A stretch of DNA of 64,000 nt. Source: Candidatus Scalinduaceae bacterium. Its GTDB lineage: Bacteria; Planctomycetota; Brocadiia; Brocadiales; Scalinduaceae. The position numbers and the translations under genes are program-made. Where the stretch lies: positions 1-64,000 of the forward strand of contig JBHICG010000007.1 in NCBI GenBank assembly GCA_046759445.1. The letters run 5' to 3'. This document shows positions 48,733-59,067 of this stretch, piece after piece (the stretch's first letter is position 1; every line of letters begins with the position of its first letter). The notes under the pieces were generated by a model. The model did not search any database, was not told where the DNA came from, and saw nothing but the letters and a program-made list of their open reading frames with translations.

Positions 48733-49440
48733 TTAGATCAATAATTTTCCCGCAGTTATGAGAAAATATTCTCCTGTAGCTATCATTAAGTAGCCAAAAC
48801 CCTTTTTGATAACCACGCTCCATTTTCCAGTCTTTGGCATACTTGACATCAAGCCTGCAAATGTACCTACGATAATTAAGAGAGTTCCTAATCCTATTGA
48901 AAATACGAAAAGTAAAGTTACACCGTAGAGGACATTTTGTTTAGCTGCCACAAAGGTTAAGACAACACCCAATACAGGTGCAGTACAGGGTGCGGCGACT
49001 GTTCCAGCAAGGAGGCCCACTATAAATGCTCCCAGGTATCCACCAACCTTCTTACTTGATTGCCTGCTTGTAAGGAACGAAGGTATAGGCAACGCGAAAG
49101 CATCTAACATTGATAAGCCTAAAAAGATAAAGATATTTGCAACGACCAGGTAGAGCACCGGGTTTGTACTGGCAGCTCCAAAGAGCTTGCCTGTGATAGC
49201 GGCAAATGCTCCAAGAGTAGAATATGTTACTGCCATTCCTATAACATAAAATATTGAAAGGGAAAAACCCTTTATTCTGGATTCGCCACTGTGTCCTCCG
49301 ATATAAGCTATTGTTATCGGAATCATTGGATACACGCAGGGTGTAAAGCTTGTGAGTACACCACCTAAAAAAACTGCTATGTAGGCAAAAAGGGGCGCTG
49401 TATTTAAATAGCCTTCTAGCCCTTGCAAAAAACTTTCCAT
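48733..49440 (-). CDS. ccdA: CcdA/DsbD transmembrane electron transfer protein
   Basis: SFTPCVYPMIP and AAPCTAPVL redox cysteines. Confidence 0.9.
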   Translation of the reverse strand: MESFLQGLEGYLNTAPLFAYIAVFLGGVLTSFTPCVYPMIPITIAYIGGHSGESRIKGFSLSIFYVIGMAVTYSTLGAFAAITGKLFGAASTNPVLYLVVANIFIFLGLSMLDAFALPIPSFLTSRQSSKKVGGYLGAFIVGLLAGTVAAPCTAPVLGVVLTFVAAKQNVLYGVTLLFVFSIGLGTLLIIVGTFAGLMSSMPKTGKWSVVIKKGFGYLMIATGEYFLITAGKLLI

Positions 49441-49452
49441 ATAATGTTATCC

Positions 49453-49782
49453 TTACAAAACTTGCTCAAATTTTTGTGCGAGCTTACTCTTACTTGTGAC
49501 ACCAACCATAGTTTCCTTTATTTCTCCATCGCTAAAAAGAATTAAAGTCGGTACGGATAACACGCCATATTTAGTCGCCAGTTCTTTGTTTCCATCTACA
49601 TCAATATCTACTTTCACAATCTTGACTTTACCATCGTATTCTCCGGATAGTTCACCTAAAATGGGTGTTTGTGTCTTACAAGGTCCACACCAATCTGCAA
49701 AAAAGTCAACTAATACAGGCACTTCTGATTTAATAACAATCTGCTCAAAATCCTCGTTTGTAATTGCTGCTATGTTTGCCAT
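49453..49782 (-). CDS. trxA: Thioredoxin
   Basis: DFFADWCGPCK, VPTL. Confidence 0.96.
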   Translation of the reverse strand: MANIAAITNEDFEQIVIKSEVPVLVDFFADWCGPCKTQTPILGELSGEYDGKVKIVKVDIDVDGNKELATKYGVLSVPTLILFSDGEIKETMVGVTSKSKLAQKFEQVL

Positions 49783-49973
49783 TATTGATTTTTCCCCCTT
49801 TCGTGATTAACTTTCCAACTTTATTGGAACATTACCAAATCATAAACTCTTAAACGACTAATGTACAAAAAATTAGAAGCCTGAATCCCAACAAATATTA
49901 TAATAAAATGATATTAAAAGTAAAAGCATATTGGATTAAGCATTCATTCTAAGTTAAACAATTTTTTCCCGAC

Positions 49974-51347
49974 CTAGAGCTTATCAGAAACTAAGCAAAT
50001 ATCGTGCTTCTTAATCTTATTGTATAGACTCGCCCTTGATATCTTTAGTAATTCTGCCGCTTTCTCCTTGTCCCAATTGACCTTGTTTAAGGTATCAGAA
50101 ATTATCTGTCTTTCTGCGATATCAATCATGTTATGGAAAGTCTTATCATTTTTTTCTGTTTTAAATGGATATTCTTCATATGATAATTGTAAATCTTCCG
50201 TTTCAATGGTATCTGCTTTAGAAAGCACCACTGATCTCTCAATCATATTCTCTAATTCTCTTACATTACCCGGCCAGTCATAACACATAAGCTTACGTAA
50301 TGCTGTTCTTGATACTCCCTTAACATTTCTATTATTTTTTTTACAATATTTTTTTAAGAAATGTGCTGCAAGGAGAGAAACATCATCTAGTCTTTCACGA
50401 AGAGGAGGTAAATTAATTGTAATTACCTTCAGACGATAGAAAAGATCTTTCCTAAAGGTACCTTTTTGTACGCAAGATTCCAGGTCAGTGTTTGTTGCCG
50501 TTATAATTCGTACATCTACCTTCAGTGTCTTATCACTTCCTACAGCTTCAAACTCACAGTCCTGCAATACCCCGAGCAATTTTGCCTGTATATGGAAAGG
50601 TATATTACCTATTTCATCGAGAAAGATTGTACCTTTGTCCGCCATACGAAACCTACCGATTCTGTCTTTTGTCGCACCAGTAAAAGAGCCTTTTACGTGT
50701 CCAAAAAGTTCACTTTCAAGCAATGTTTCAGTAAGAGAGGCACAATCAACCTTGATGAATGGTTTATCTTTTCGCATACTATTATAATGAATAGCTCTAG
50801 CTACTAACTCCTTACCTGTACCGGTTTCGCCCTGGATTAGTACATTTGCCTCTGTGTCGCTAACGCTATTTATCAGCGCATAAACTTTTTTCATCTTGTG
50901 GCTTTCACCTATGATATTTTCAAACTTAAATTTTAATTCTAATTCAGAACGTAATCTGTCTACCTCCCTTTCCAGGCTTCGCATTTGCAAAATCTTATCT
51001 ACGATCAAAACCAGTTCATCTCGTTTGAAAGGTTTAGTAACGTAATCTGCCGCTCCCAATTTCATTGCTTCCACCGCATTGCTAACCGTGGCATAACTCG
51101 TCATTACTATTACGTCAATATTATTATCCAACATTTTAATTTTTTTTAATAAACCTATACCATCCATATCAGGCATAACCAGGTCTGCTATTACTATTGA
51201 GTAATTATCATTCTTTACTTTAGTAAAGGCATCTTCCCCGCTGTATGATGCCTCTGCATCATAACCACGACTATTTAAGAGTTCTATACACATTTCTGCA
51301 AGTGAGTTATCATCATCAACAACAAGAATTTTCTTTTTTAACTTCAT
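49974..51347 (-). CDS. Sigma54-dependent response regulator (NtrC/AtoC family)
   Basis: REC domain, GETGTGKE, ESELFGH, GSFTGA, WPGNVRELEN, Fis-type HTH. Confidence 0.95.
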   Translation of the reverse strand: MKLKKKILVVDDDNSLAEMCIELLNSRGYDAEASYSGEDAFTKVKNDNYSIVIADLVMPDMDGIGLLKKIKMLDNNIDVIVMTSYATVSNAVEAMKLGAADYVTKPFKRDELVLIVDKILQMRSLEREVDRLRSELELKFKFENIIGESHKMKKVYALINSVSDTEANVLIQGETGTGKELVARAIHYNSMRKDKPFIKVDCASLTETLLESELFGHVKGSFTGATKDRIGRFRMADKGTIFLDEIGNIPFHIQAKLLGVLQDCEFEAVGSDKTLKVDVRIITATNTDLESCVQKGTFRKDLFYRLKVITINLPPLRERLDDVSLLAAHFLKKYCKKNNRNVKGVSRTALRKLMCYDWPGNVRELENMIERSVVLSKADTIETEDLQLSYEEYPFKTEKNDKTFHNMIDIAERQIISDTLNKVNWDKEKAAELLKISRASLYNKIKKHDICLVSDKL

Positions 51348-52603
51348 GTCATTTTCTCTTCATTAACGGGCAAAGTTATTGTGAAACTTGTACCTCCGCC
51401 TTCCTCACTTTTTACAATAATGTCTCCACCATGGTTTTTAACTATATCGGAGCAAATATTGAGCCCTAGCCCAGTTCCCTTGCCTGGTTCTTTAGTAGTA
51501 AAAAATGGCTCAAAAACACAGTTCAAATTTGTCCTTGATATTCCATGCCCAGTGTCATCAAATGATAGTTCCAAAGAATTTATGTTATCTTTAAAAACAC
51601 TTGATATCCTAATCTCTCCTCCATGTGGCATTGCATCAATGGAATTTTTTAACAGATTGAAGAAAACTTGTTGAATTTGGTTTTCGTCCACGCTTATTTG
51701 TGGTATTTCATTATCCAGATTCAAGCTGATTCGGATCTTATGTACCTTTATAACATGTTCCATAAGAGAAATTGTACTTTTTATTAATGCGTTTATATCC
51801 TGCAAAGTTCTTGTATCTCTAGATTTCTTGGAAAAATCTAAAATTTCATGAATAATTTTTTGACATCGTAAAACCTGGTTTGAGATTATTTTTAATCTAG
51901 ATAATGCCTTTTCGCCTTTTAAATCCTCCTCAAGCAATTCGCAGTATCCTGATATTGTTGTTAATGGACTATCAATTTCATGTGCAAGACATGACGTAAT
52001 CTGTCCAATAGATGCTAATTTCTCTGCCTGAAAGAGCTTACCCTGAGTAGACTGTAGTTCTTTATATGCAAGCTTAAGTTCTCTTACTCTTTTGCTAAGT
52101 TCTTTTCTCTGTTCTTCCCTTTCTTGTTCTAACTTCTTCCTTTCCGTAACGTCTCTTTCAAACTCAATAACATAAACGGTTTTTCCAAGATCATTTTTTA
52201 TTGGAAAACTGATAAGTTCTAAATAATGTTTATTTCCATTTAATTCGTAGGTAGTCGATGATAGTTGAGGTTTATTTTGTTCAAAACACTTCCAGGTATC
52301 ACAATGAGAACAGGGTTCGTTATTATTCCAAAACTCTTCATAGCATTTTCTTCCTATCAAATTTTCCTTTGAATCACCTATTTTCCTTGCAGCCGTCTTG
52401 TTTAACAAAATTACTTTGAAATTCCTGTCAACTATCTTAATAGAGTCTTCAATCCCATCTAATACAGATTGTAAAAATTTCTTACTCTGTATATTGTCCT
52501 TTATGGCGCATATACTCCCAATCTTTTTACAAACATTTTTAAATGCTTCTTCAAATTGGTAAATTAAGCCTATATTAGTGGTTATTCTTTCTTTGGATGT
52601 CAT
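51344..52603 (-). CDS. Cytoplasmic PAS histidine kinase
   Basis: PAS with CYE..PCSHC, AHEIDSP H-box, QVFFNLLKN, DTGHG, FFTTK, GTGLGL. Confidence 0.93.
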   Translation of the reverse strand: MTSKERITTNIGLIYQFEEAFKNVCKKIGSICAIKDNIQSKKFLQSVLDGIEDSIKIVDRNFKVILLNKTAARKIGDSKENLIGRKCYEEFWNNNEPCSHCDTWKCFEQNKPQLSSTTYELNGNKHYLELISFPIKNDLGKTVYVIEFERDVTERKKLEQEREEQRKELSKRVRELKLAYKELQSTQGKLFQAEKLASIGQITSCLAHEIDSPLTTISGYCELLEEDLKGEKALSRLKIISNQVLRCQKIIHEILDFSKKSRDTRTLQDINALIKSTISLMEHVIKVHKIRISLNLDNEIPQISVDENQIQQVFFNLLKNSIDAMPHGGEIRISSVFKDNINSLELSFDDTGHGISRTNLNCVFEPFFTTKEPGKGTGLGLNICSDIVKNHGGDIIVKSEEGGGTSFTITLPVNEEKMT

Positions 52604-52756
52604 GATAGAAATTAATCAGGATCGGCTTTTGATGAAATAAAAAAAATTGTTATATTTTTTATCATGTGGGAAATAGAAAATCGTAATATTAACTATTGTA
52701 TGTACTTACAATAATCCTACTCTTGTAATATGAAAAAAGCAAGTAAAAGTTAAGCC

Positions 52757-52952
52757 AACCCTAACAGGCTGTTATCCGAGAATTGAGGGAAACATCATTT
52801 TGTCATCTTTGAATTTATTTCAGAATCTTTAAATTTAAGAGGTTTTCAAGAGTGCAAGACTCCGAATCAAGTTCAGGTATGATTCTATCCGTCCTTCGGA
52901 CAGTTTAGCAGAATCACCAAGGACAATTCTCGGATAACAGCCTGTTAGGGTT
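52757..52952. mobile_element. 196-bp MITE-like element with 29-bp perfect TIRs and nested REP modules
   Basis: aaccctaacaggctgttatccgagaattg / caattctcggataacagcctgttagggtt. Confidence 0.85.
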
Positions 52953-52980
52953 TGACATGGTAAAAAAAGGTTTATATAAT
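52952..52980 (+). promoter_or_regulatory. Perfect-consensus sigma70 promoter
   Basis: TTGACA-17 nt-TATAAT. Confidence 0.75.
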
Positions 52981-53130
52981 TGTGTCTATTTAAACACTTC
53001 AGGAGCTTTCCGTGCCCTCCTGAAAAATTGCTGAGGTAGGTAGTTACAATTTCTTGTAAAGACTTACCTTTATTATATAAAATATGTTATAAATATTTAC
53101 AATAAATCAAATTCTGGAGGATAAGTCTTG

Positions 53131-53373
53131 ATGAACGATAAAACTCAAGAAGCACAAACAATAGTGCAAATATTGGAAGAAGCAGTAAAAAAAGAACAAG
53201 ATTCTAGTGAATATTACTCAAGTGCAGCAAAGCAATCTGGTAAACCTACTATCAAAAAAATGTTCCTAAAACTTGCAGAAATGGAAAAAGGCCACATGAC
53301 AGAACTAAATAAACAGTTGGCTGATGTTAAGGCACAAATAATGGTTGATAGTGCTATCACTGGCGGTAGTTAA
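53131..53373 (+). CDS. Small ferritin-like / half-rubrerythrin protein
   Basis: ILEEAVKKEQDSSEYY...MFLKLAEMEKGH (one E...ExxH half-site); RBS GGAGG. Confidence 0.85.
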   Translation: MNDKTQEAQTIVQILEEAVKKEQDSSEYYSSAAKQSGKPTIKKMFLKLAEMEKGHMTELNKQLADVKAQIMVDSAITGGS

Positions 53374-53551
53374 ATTCCGAGATTAAAAGGTTCTTGAACA
53401 CACATTATCTACCTTTTAACTCCCAAATAAAGAACAACAGGCAAGAGACAGAGTGATAAGCTGTCACCAGATGCAATATTTTTTGCGTCTTGTAGAAACA
53501 ACCATCAGTTATGCTTACTATTATGTTTAAAACCATTTCTGGAATATCTTA

Positions 53552-54331
53552 ATGACAGGCGGACTAACACTAGGCGACACACCAAGAAAAAAAGCTATTG
53601 TCATAAGTCATGAACGCTCTGGCACTCATTTCCTCATGAACACCTTAGCACTCAATTTTGGTTACATTTCTAAACCCTGGATAAATTTTGATTTTGAAAT
53701 AGGTATCAATTTTCATTCTTCAAGAGAATTGTTAGCTTTCTTCAAAAAGATGCACGATTTACCAATTTTAAATATTATTAAATCTCACCATCATATTTCA
53801 TTTTTTTCGGATTTTATTGATTATTTGGCAGAACAATTTCATATCTTCTATATCTACCGTGATCCACGAGATGTGATGGTAAGTTTTTGGAGGCTAATAC
53901 AAAATCTTTCCTGGGACGAAGGGCCGAAGACAGATAGTGTTTGTCAATTTATGCGTACCGCCCCACGAGGCGCCATCCTTCGCTATCAAAAAGAACAATC
54001 ACCGACCATTTTACATAGGTGGCAAGATCATGTGATTGGTTGGATTAATTTTGCAGAAGAAAGCCGTAATCAAAAGGCCATAGTAATTCGTTATGAAGAC
54101 TTGAATTTGAAATTTGACGAAATAGTTAAAGAAATTGGGATAAGAATAGATTTTTCAGCAGAAAAACCTAAACGCCCAGATAGAGAAGATAATGTGATTC
54201 TACCCGGAACAGGACAAGTTTCTGATTACCGAAAATTTTTTACTCAAGAAGACCGAGATTTCATTCTCAATACTGTGGGTGAAACAATGAATCGTCTGTG
54301 CATAAACCTTTTACAGGACAGACAAGCATAA
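53552..54331 (+). CDS. Sulfotransferase domain protein
   Basis: SHERSGTHFL (5'-PSB loop), IKSH, YRDPRDVMVS (3'-PB), RYEDL. Confidence 0.88.
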   Translation: MTGGLTLGDTPRKKAIVISHERSGTHFLMNTLALNFGYISKPWINFDFEIGINFHSSRELLAFFKKMHDLPILNIIKSHHHISFFSDFIDYLAEQFHIFYIYRDPRDVMVSFWRLIQNLSWDEGPKTDSVCQFMRTAPRGAILRYQKEQSPTILHRWQDHVIGWINFAEESRNQKAIVIRYEDLNLKFDEIVKEIGIRIDFSAEKPKRPDREDNVILPGTGQVSDYRKFFTQEDRDFILNTVGETMNRLCINLLQDRQA

Positions 54332-54343
54332 AGGTAAAAGAAA

Positions 54344-55330
54344 ATGGGTATAGACCGCGATATACTTCATCAATTATATTATTATCTTAAATTGACCAGA
54401 CATCTGGAAGAAAGGGTTACATCTCTGTATCGTCAGGGAAAGATTGTAGGAGGTGCATGGACAAGTAACGGTACGGAAGCAATATCAGTTGGGTATTCTT
54501 ATGCTTTAGAAAAGGATGATGTAGCGGCACCTTACTTCAGAGATATGGGTGTCTTTCTGGTAAGGGGTATTACTCCAAGAAGGATTATGGCACAATATCT
54601 TGGTAAGAAAACGGGTGTAACAAAAGGCAAAGATGGTAATGTTCATATAGGCGATATAAATTTCGGTTCTTTTGCTTTTCCAAGTCATCTGGCAGATAAT
54701 TATCCTGTAGCCACTGGCGCTGCACTGGCATTTAAGATAAGAGGTGAGAAGCACATTGCAGCCGCTAGCACTGGAGATGGAGGAACCAGCAGGGGTGATT
54801 TCCATGAGGCCCTTAATCTTGCATCAGTACTTAAGCTACCCGTTGTCTTCTTCTGCAACAACAATCAATACGCATATTCAACACCACATACAAAACAGAT
54901 GGCCATAAAAAACGTTGCAGAGCGCTCTCTTGCTTATGGGATTCCAAGCGAAATTGTAGATGGCAATGACATAATTGCTGTATATTTAACGGCAAAAAAG
55001 GCTTATGAAAAGGCAAGGGCAGGAGAAGGCCCTACATTTATAGAGTGTAAAACCATGAGAATGCATGGCCATTCAGAACATGACGCCGCTAAATATGTCC
55101 CTAGAGAACTCCTTGAAGAATGGAAGAAGAAAGACCCTATAGTTAAAATGGAAAAGTATCTACTTGAAAATGACGTTGCTTCTGAAAATGAAATAAAAGA
55201 TATAGACAAACGTGTTAGAGATGTAATAGAAGAGGCAGAAGAGTTTGCCGATAACAGCCCTTATCCTGAAGGTAAAGATGCTTTAGAGGGGCTTTATGCA
55301 ACTCCTATAGAAAAGGTAAAAACACTATGA
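54344..55330 (+). CDS. TPP-dependent 2-oxoacid dehydrogenase E1 alpha subunit
   Basis: GDGGTSRGDFHE...NNQYAYST, RMHGHSEHD. Confidence 0.93.
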   Translation: MGIDRDILHQLYYYLKLTRHLEERVTSLYRQGKIVGGAWTSNGTEAISVGYSYALEKDDVAAPYFRDMGVFLVRGITPRRIMAQYLGKKTGVTKGKDGNVHIGDINFGSFAFPSHLADNYPVATGAALAFKIRGEKHIAAASTGDGGTSRGDFHEALNLASVLKLPVVFFCNNNQYAYSTPHTKQMAIKNVAERSLAYGIPSEIVDGNDIIAVYLTAKKAYEKARAGEGPTFIECKTMRMHGHSEHDAAKYVPRELLEEWKKKDPIVKMEKYLLENDVASENEIKDIDKRVRDVIEEAEEFADNSPYPEGKDALEGLYATPIEKVKTL

Positions 55331-56301
55331 AAGAAATAACATACGTAGAGGCAATACATCAGGCATTGTGGGAAGAAATGGAAAGAGATAATAGTGTCTT
55401 TATCCTTGGTGAAGATATTGGGGTATATGGCGGTGCATTCAGAGTTACAGAGGGTATGCTAGAGAAATTTGGCGAGCTACGCGTAATTGACACACCACTT
55501 TCAGAATCAGGATTTACGGGGGCTGCAATAGGCGCTGCGCTTGTTGGGATGAGACCTGTTGTTGAAATGCAGTTTGCAGACTTTATCTCATGCGCTTTTG
55601 ACCAAATCGTAAACGTAGCTGCAAAGAACCACTATCGATGGGGGGCTAATACTCCAATGGTAATCAGGGCTCCTTATGGTGGAAATATTCATGGAGGTGC
55701 GTTCCATTCTCAATGTCCGGAAGGATGGTTCTTTCACACTCCTGGACTTAAATTGGTTGCACCGGCTTTCCCATCCGATGCTAAAGGCTTACTCAAGGCT
55801 TCAATTAGGGATAATGATCCTGTTATCTTTTTTGAGCATAAATTTTTATATCGAAGAATAAAAGAAGAAGTACCTGAAGATGATTACACAGTGCCTATTG
55901 GCGAGGCGCGAATAGTACAGGAAGGAAACGATATATCCCTAATAACCTATGGGGCAATGGTTCATACAGCGCTTGAAGCTTCCAAAAAATTAGAGGAAAT
56001 CGGAATTAGTTTGGAAATAGTCGACCTTAGAACCCTTTTACCATTAGATAAGGAAACAGTTTACGATTCAGTTAAGAAAACTAATAAAGTAATTGTCCTT
56101 TATGAAGCAACAAGAAGTGGAGGAGTAGGAGCTGAAGTTTCTGCCCTAATCTCAGAAGAGGTTTTCAACTATCTAGATGGCCCAATCGTCCGTGTTTCAG
56201 CACCTGACACACCTGTCCCTTATAGCCCTCCAATGGAAGAATATTTCCTCCCCCAGCTAGAAGACGTTATTACGGCAGCAGAAAAGCTTGCCGCATACTA
56301 G
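55327..56301 (+). CDS. 2-oxoacid dehydrogenase E1 beta subunit
   Basis: GEDIGVYGGAF, DTPLSE, EMQFADF, FHSQ, DLRTLLPLD. Confidence 0.93.
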   Translation: MKEITYVEAIHQALWEEMERDNSVFILGEDIGVYGGAFRVTEGMLEKFGELRVIDTPLSESGFTGAAIGAALVGMRPVVEMQFADFISCAFDQIVNVAAKNHYRWGANTPMVIRAPYGGNIHGGAFHSQCPEGWFFHTPGLKLVAPAFPSDAKGLLKASIRDNDPVIFFEHKFLYRRIKEEVPEDDYTVPIGEARIVQEGNDISLITYGAMVHTALEASKKLEEIGISLEIVDLRTLLPLDKETVYDSVKKTNKVIVLYEATRSGGVGAEVSALISEEVFNYLDGPIVRVSAPDTPVPYSPPMEEYFLPQLEDVITAAEKLAAY

Positions 56302-56440
56302 AGAAAATTCCCCAACTTTTGCAGGAAAAAGGTTTTAGACAATAAACACATACCCAAATTTAGATTGAAAAAATATGTTATATCTGCTAATTTCGTATCT
56401 CAGATTGCAAATTTACTTGCTATGATAGAGGAAAACAATA

Positions 56441-56513
56441 GCCCCCATCGTCTAGAGGCCCAGGATACATGGTTCTCAGCCATGAGACAGGGGTTCAAAT
56501 CCCCTTGGGGGTA
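56441..56513 (+). tRNA. tRNA-Glu (CTC); CCA not encoded
   Basis: GCCCCCATCGTCTAGAGGCCCAGGA; anticodon arm CATGG-TT CTC AG-CCATG; GGTTCAAATCC. Confidence 0.95.
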
Positions 56514-56766
56514 CACTTGTTTTCTAAATACCTCTTAAGTGTTTCATCTCTTACTTTACTAAAAAAAGAAACGATATTGCTCACACGTTTAAAAACCGCA
56601 CATAAAAAATATTTAAAAATGTTATCAAATAAAAACATACCATTCTAGTAATCGGATATACTATCATTTAAACTTTGTTTTTAAGGCTCAAGATTTCATG
56701 TCAATGACAAATTGATTTAATAATAGATAACTAAATAGTGATGTAGAAAGGATATATTATCTAGAA

Positions 56767-58005
56767 ATGCCTTTATTAAAGTCTGTTTTAGAGCAGTACA
56801 GTCTTGTGGCTAAAAAACTTAAGTTAGACAGCAGGATACGTGAGAGATTAAGACATCCTAAACGAGCCTTAATAGTTTCCATACCAGTCGAAATGGACAA
56901 TGGAAACATGAAAGTTTTTAAAGGATATAGAGTTCAACATGATATTACATTGGGACCATCAAAAGGAGGAATCCGCTATCATCCAAATGTGAGCTTGGAA
57001 GAAGTAACCGCATTATCTATGTTGATGAGTTGGAAATGCGCATTGATACAACTCCCATATGGCGGCGCAAAGGGGGGAGTATGTTGTAATACCAAAGAAA
57101 TGTCACAGAAAGAGATAGAACGACTTACAAGACGTTTTACAACAGAAATTATATGGGCAATCGGCCCTGAAGAAGATATACCTGCTCCAGATATGAATAC
57201 TAATATGCAAACTATGGCATGGATGATGGATACGTACAGCATGCAGAAAGGACATACCATCTTGGGAGTAGTTACAGGTAAACCATTGGTATTAGGAGGT
57301 TCTGTAGGAAGAGAGGAGGGGACTGGACGGGGCGTTTTTAATATGGTACAAGAGGCCTCGATTGTTGCCGGGAAAGACCTAAAAGGACTTAGAATTGCAA
57401 TACAGGGGTTTGGAAATGTAGGTTCGGTAGTTGCTAGGTTACTTTTTGAGGAAGGATGTAAAGTTATTGCAATAAGCGGCAGTAAGGGAGGAATTCACAA
57501 TGAAGGAGGTATTAATATTAGTAACTTAATTAAACACGTTAAGGAAAACAAACCCATTACTGATTTTCCTGATACAGATTATATAACAAACAAAGACCTT
57601 CTTACCATAGATTGTGATGTTTTGATTCCTGCAGCAATTGAAGGACAAATAACTATAAACAATGCGCATGATATTAAGGCTAAAATAATAGTGGAAGGTG
57701 CGAATGGACCAACCACGCCCGAGGCAGATAAGATTTTATACGATAGAAGTGTGCTTTTGATTCCCGACATATTAGCAAATTCAGGAGGAGTAATTATCTC
57801 GTATTTTGAATGGGTACAAAACATTCAATTCTATTTTTGGAAGGAAAATGAAGTAAAAAAACGTTTAAAAGAAATAATGAGAAACACATTTAAAAGAGTT
57901 TTGTTGTTATCAAGAGAAAAGAAGATAGATATGCGAACTGCCGCATGGATGCTTGGTATTAATCGTATATCAGAAGCACAAAAAACTAGAGGACTATATC
58001 CCTGA
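56767..58005 (+). CDS. gdhA: Glutamate dehydrogenase (Glu/Leu/Phe/Val family)
   Basis: KGGIRYHP, GGAKGG, DIPAPD, QGFGNVG, EGANGP, PDILANSGGV. Confidence 0.93.
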   Translation: MPLLKSVLEQYSLVAKKLKLDSRIRERLRHPKRALIVSIPVEMDNGNMKVFKGYRVQHDITLGPSKGGIRYHPNVSLEEVTALSMLMSWKCALIQLPYGGAKGGVCCNTKEMSQKEIERLTRRFTTEIIWAIGPEEDIPAPDMNTNMQTMAWMMDTYSMQKGHTILGVVTGKPLVLGGSVGREEGTGRGVFNMVQEASIVAGKDLKGLRIAIQGFGNVGSVVARLLFEEGCKVIAISGSKGGIHNEGGINISNLIKHVKENKPITDFPDTDYITNKDLLTIDCDVLIPAAIEGQITINNAHDIKAKIIVEGANGPTTPEADKILYDRSVLLIPDILANSGGVIISYFEWVQNIQFYFWKENEVKKRLKEIMRNTFKRVLLLSREKKIDMRTAAWMLGINRISEAQKTRGLYP

Positions 58006-58173
58006 AGAATTTACGTTTTGAAATTTATAAAAATTGGTTAAAATACATTATGGATACAAGAAAAGACATTGCAAATTCTTGTTCGAGTATTAAAAAGCCA
58101 AACTTAGTGACATGATTATATTAAACATCTCGGGGGGGATATTGTAAATCCTTAAAGAAAGGAGGTGAGAATT

Positions 58174-58614
58174 ATGTCAAGCGATCTGACCAAATGGCCT
58201 CAGTGGCCAACATTTACATCACTTCAAAAAGAGATGAACAGATTGTTCGAAGACTTCTTTGGTAGAGAAGATGCCCTCCATGCCAGACATTATCCATTAC
58301 TGGATGTTAGTGAAACAAATGATAACATCATTGTGAAAGCAGAATTGCCAGGTGTGGATCCAAAAGCCGTTGATATCTCAATTGCAGGTGACAATTTGAC
58401 AATTAGAGGTGAGAAAAAAGAGGAAAAGGAAGAAAAGGGGAAACATTTTCATCGGATAGAGAGAAGTTCAGGAAGTTTTTCAAGAACAATTAATCTGCCT
58501 GCCTCCGTAGATAGTAATAAAGTGCAGGCAGAATATAAAGACGGTATCCTGAAAATCAATCTTCCCAAAAAAGAAGAAACAAAAGCAAAAAAAATCGAAG
58601 TGAAAGTTAAATGA
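58174..58614 (+). CDS. Small heat shock protein (Hsp20)
   Basis: AELPGVD, IERSSGSFSR, YKDGILKI; ATG at 58174 follows AGGAGG. Confidence 0.94.
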   Translation: MSSDLTKWPQWPTFTSLQKEMNRLFEDFFGREDALHARHYPLLDVSETNDNIIVKAELPGVDPKAVDISIAGDNLTIRGEKKEEKEEKGKHFHRIERSSGSFSRTINLPASVDSNKVQAEYKDGILKINLPKKEETKAKKIEVKVK

Positions 58615-58659
58615 TTAATGCCCCCCTCGGGATATTTGCTTAAAAAAAGGAGAGTACTT

Positions 58660-59064
58660 ATGCCTATAGAGAAGTGGGATCCATGGCAAGAATTGACAAC
58701 TTTACAACAAAATGTAAATGAATTATTTAATAATTTTTTTACTCGTTTTTCCTCAACAAAGGAAATAGCTTTTACACCTCAGATAAATATGTACGAGACA
58801 GAAAAGGAAATTATTCTTAATGTTGCACTCCCAGGCACCCTGCAAGAAGATATTGATATATCTTTAGAAAAAGACGACGTATTATATATTAGAGGCGAAA
58901 GAACTAATCCACATGAGGCAATTGTTGGCCTGAGGCATATAGAAGAATTGTGTTACGGGTATTTTGAAAGGAGAGTACATTTGCCAGCTAAGTGCTCTAA
59001 TGAAGAGATAAAAGCTGATTTTTCCGAGGGGATCCTTAATATACGGTTGATTAAAAAGGTGTAA
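58660..59064 (+). CDS. Small heat shock protein (Hsp20), second copy
   Basis: WDPWQEL, LPG, YGYFER, FSEGILNI; ATG at 58660 follows AAGGAG. Confidence 0.9.
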   Translation: MPIEKWDPWQELTTLQQNVNELFNNFFTRFSSTKEIAFTPQINMYETEKEIILNVALPGTLQEDIDISLEKDDVLYIRGERTNPHEAIVGLRHIEELCYGYFERRVHLPAKCSNEEIKADFSEGILNIRLIKKV

Positions 59065-59067
59065 TAG

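Noticed and set aside
53645..53672. CIRCE-like TTAGCACTC
   Set aside because: Half-site only, inside a CDS, and far from the hsp20/dnaJ genes
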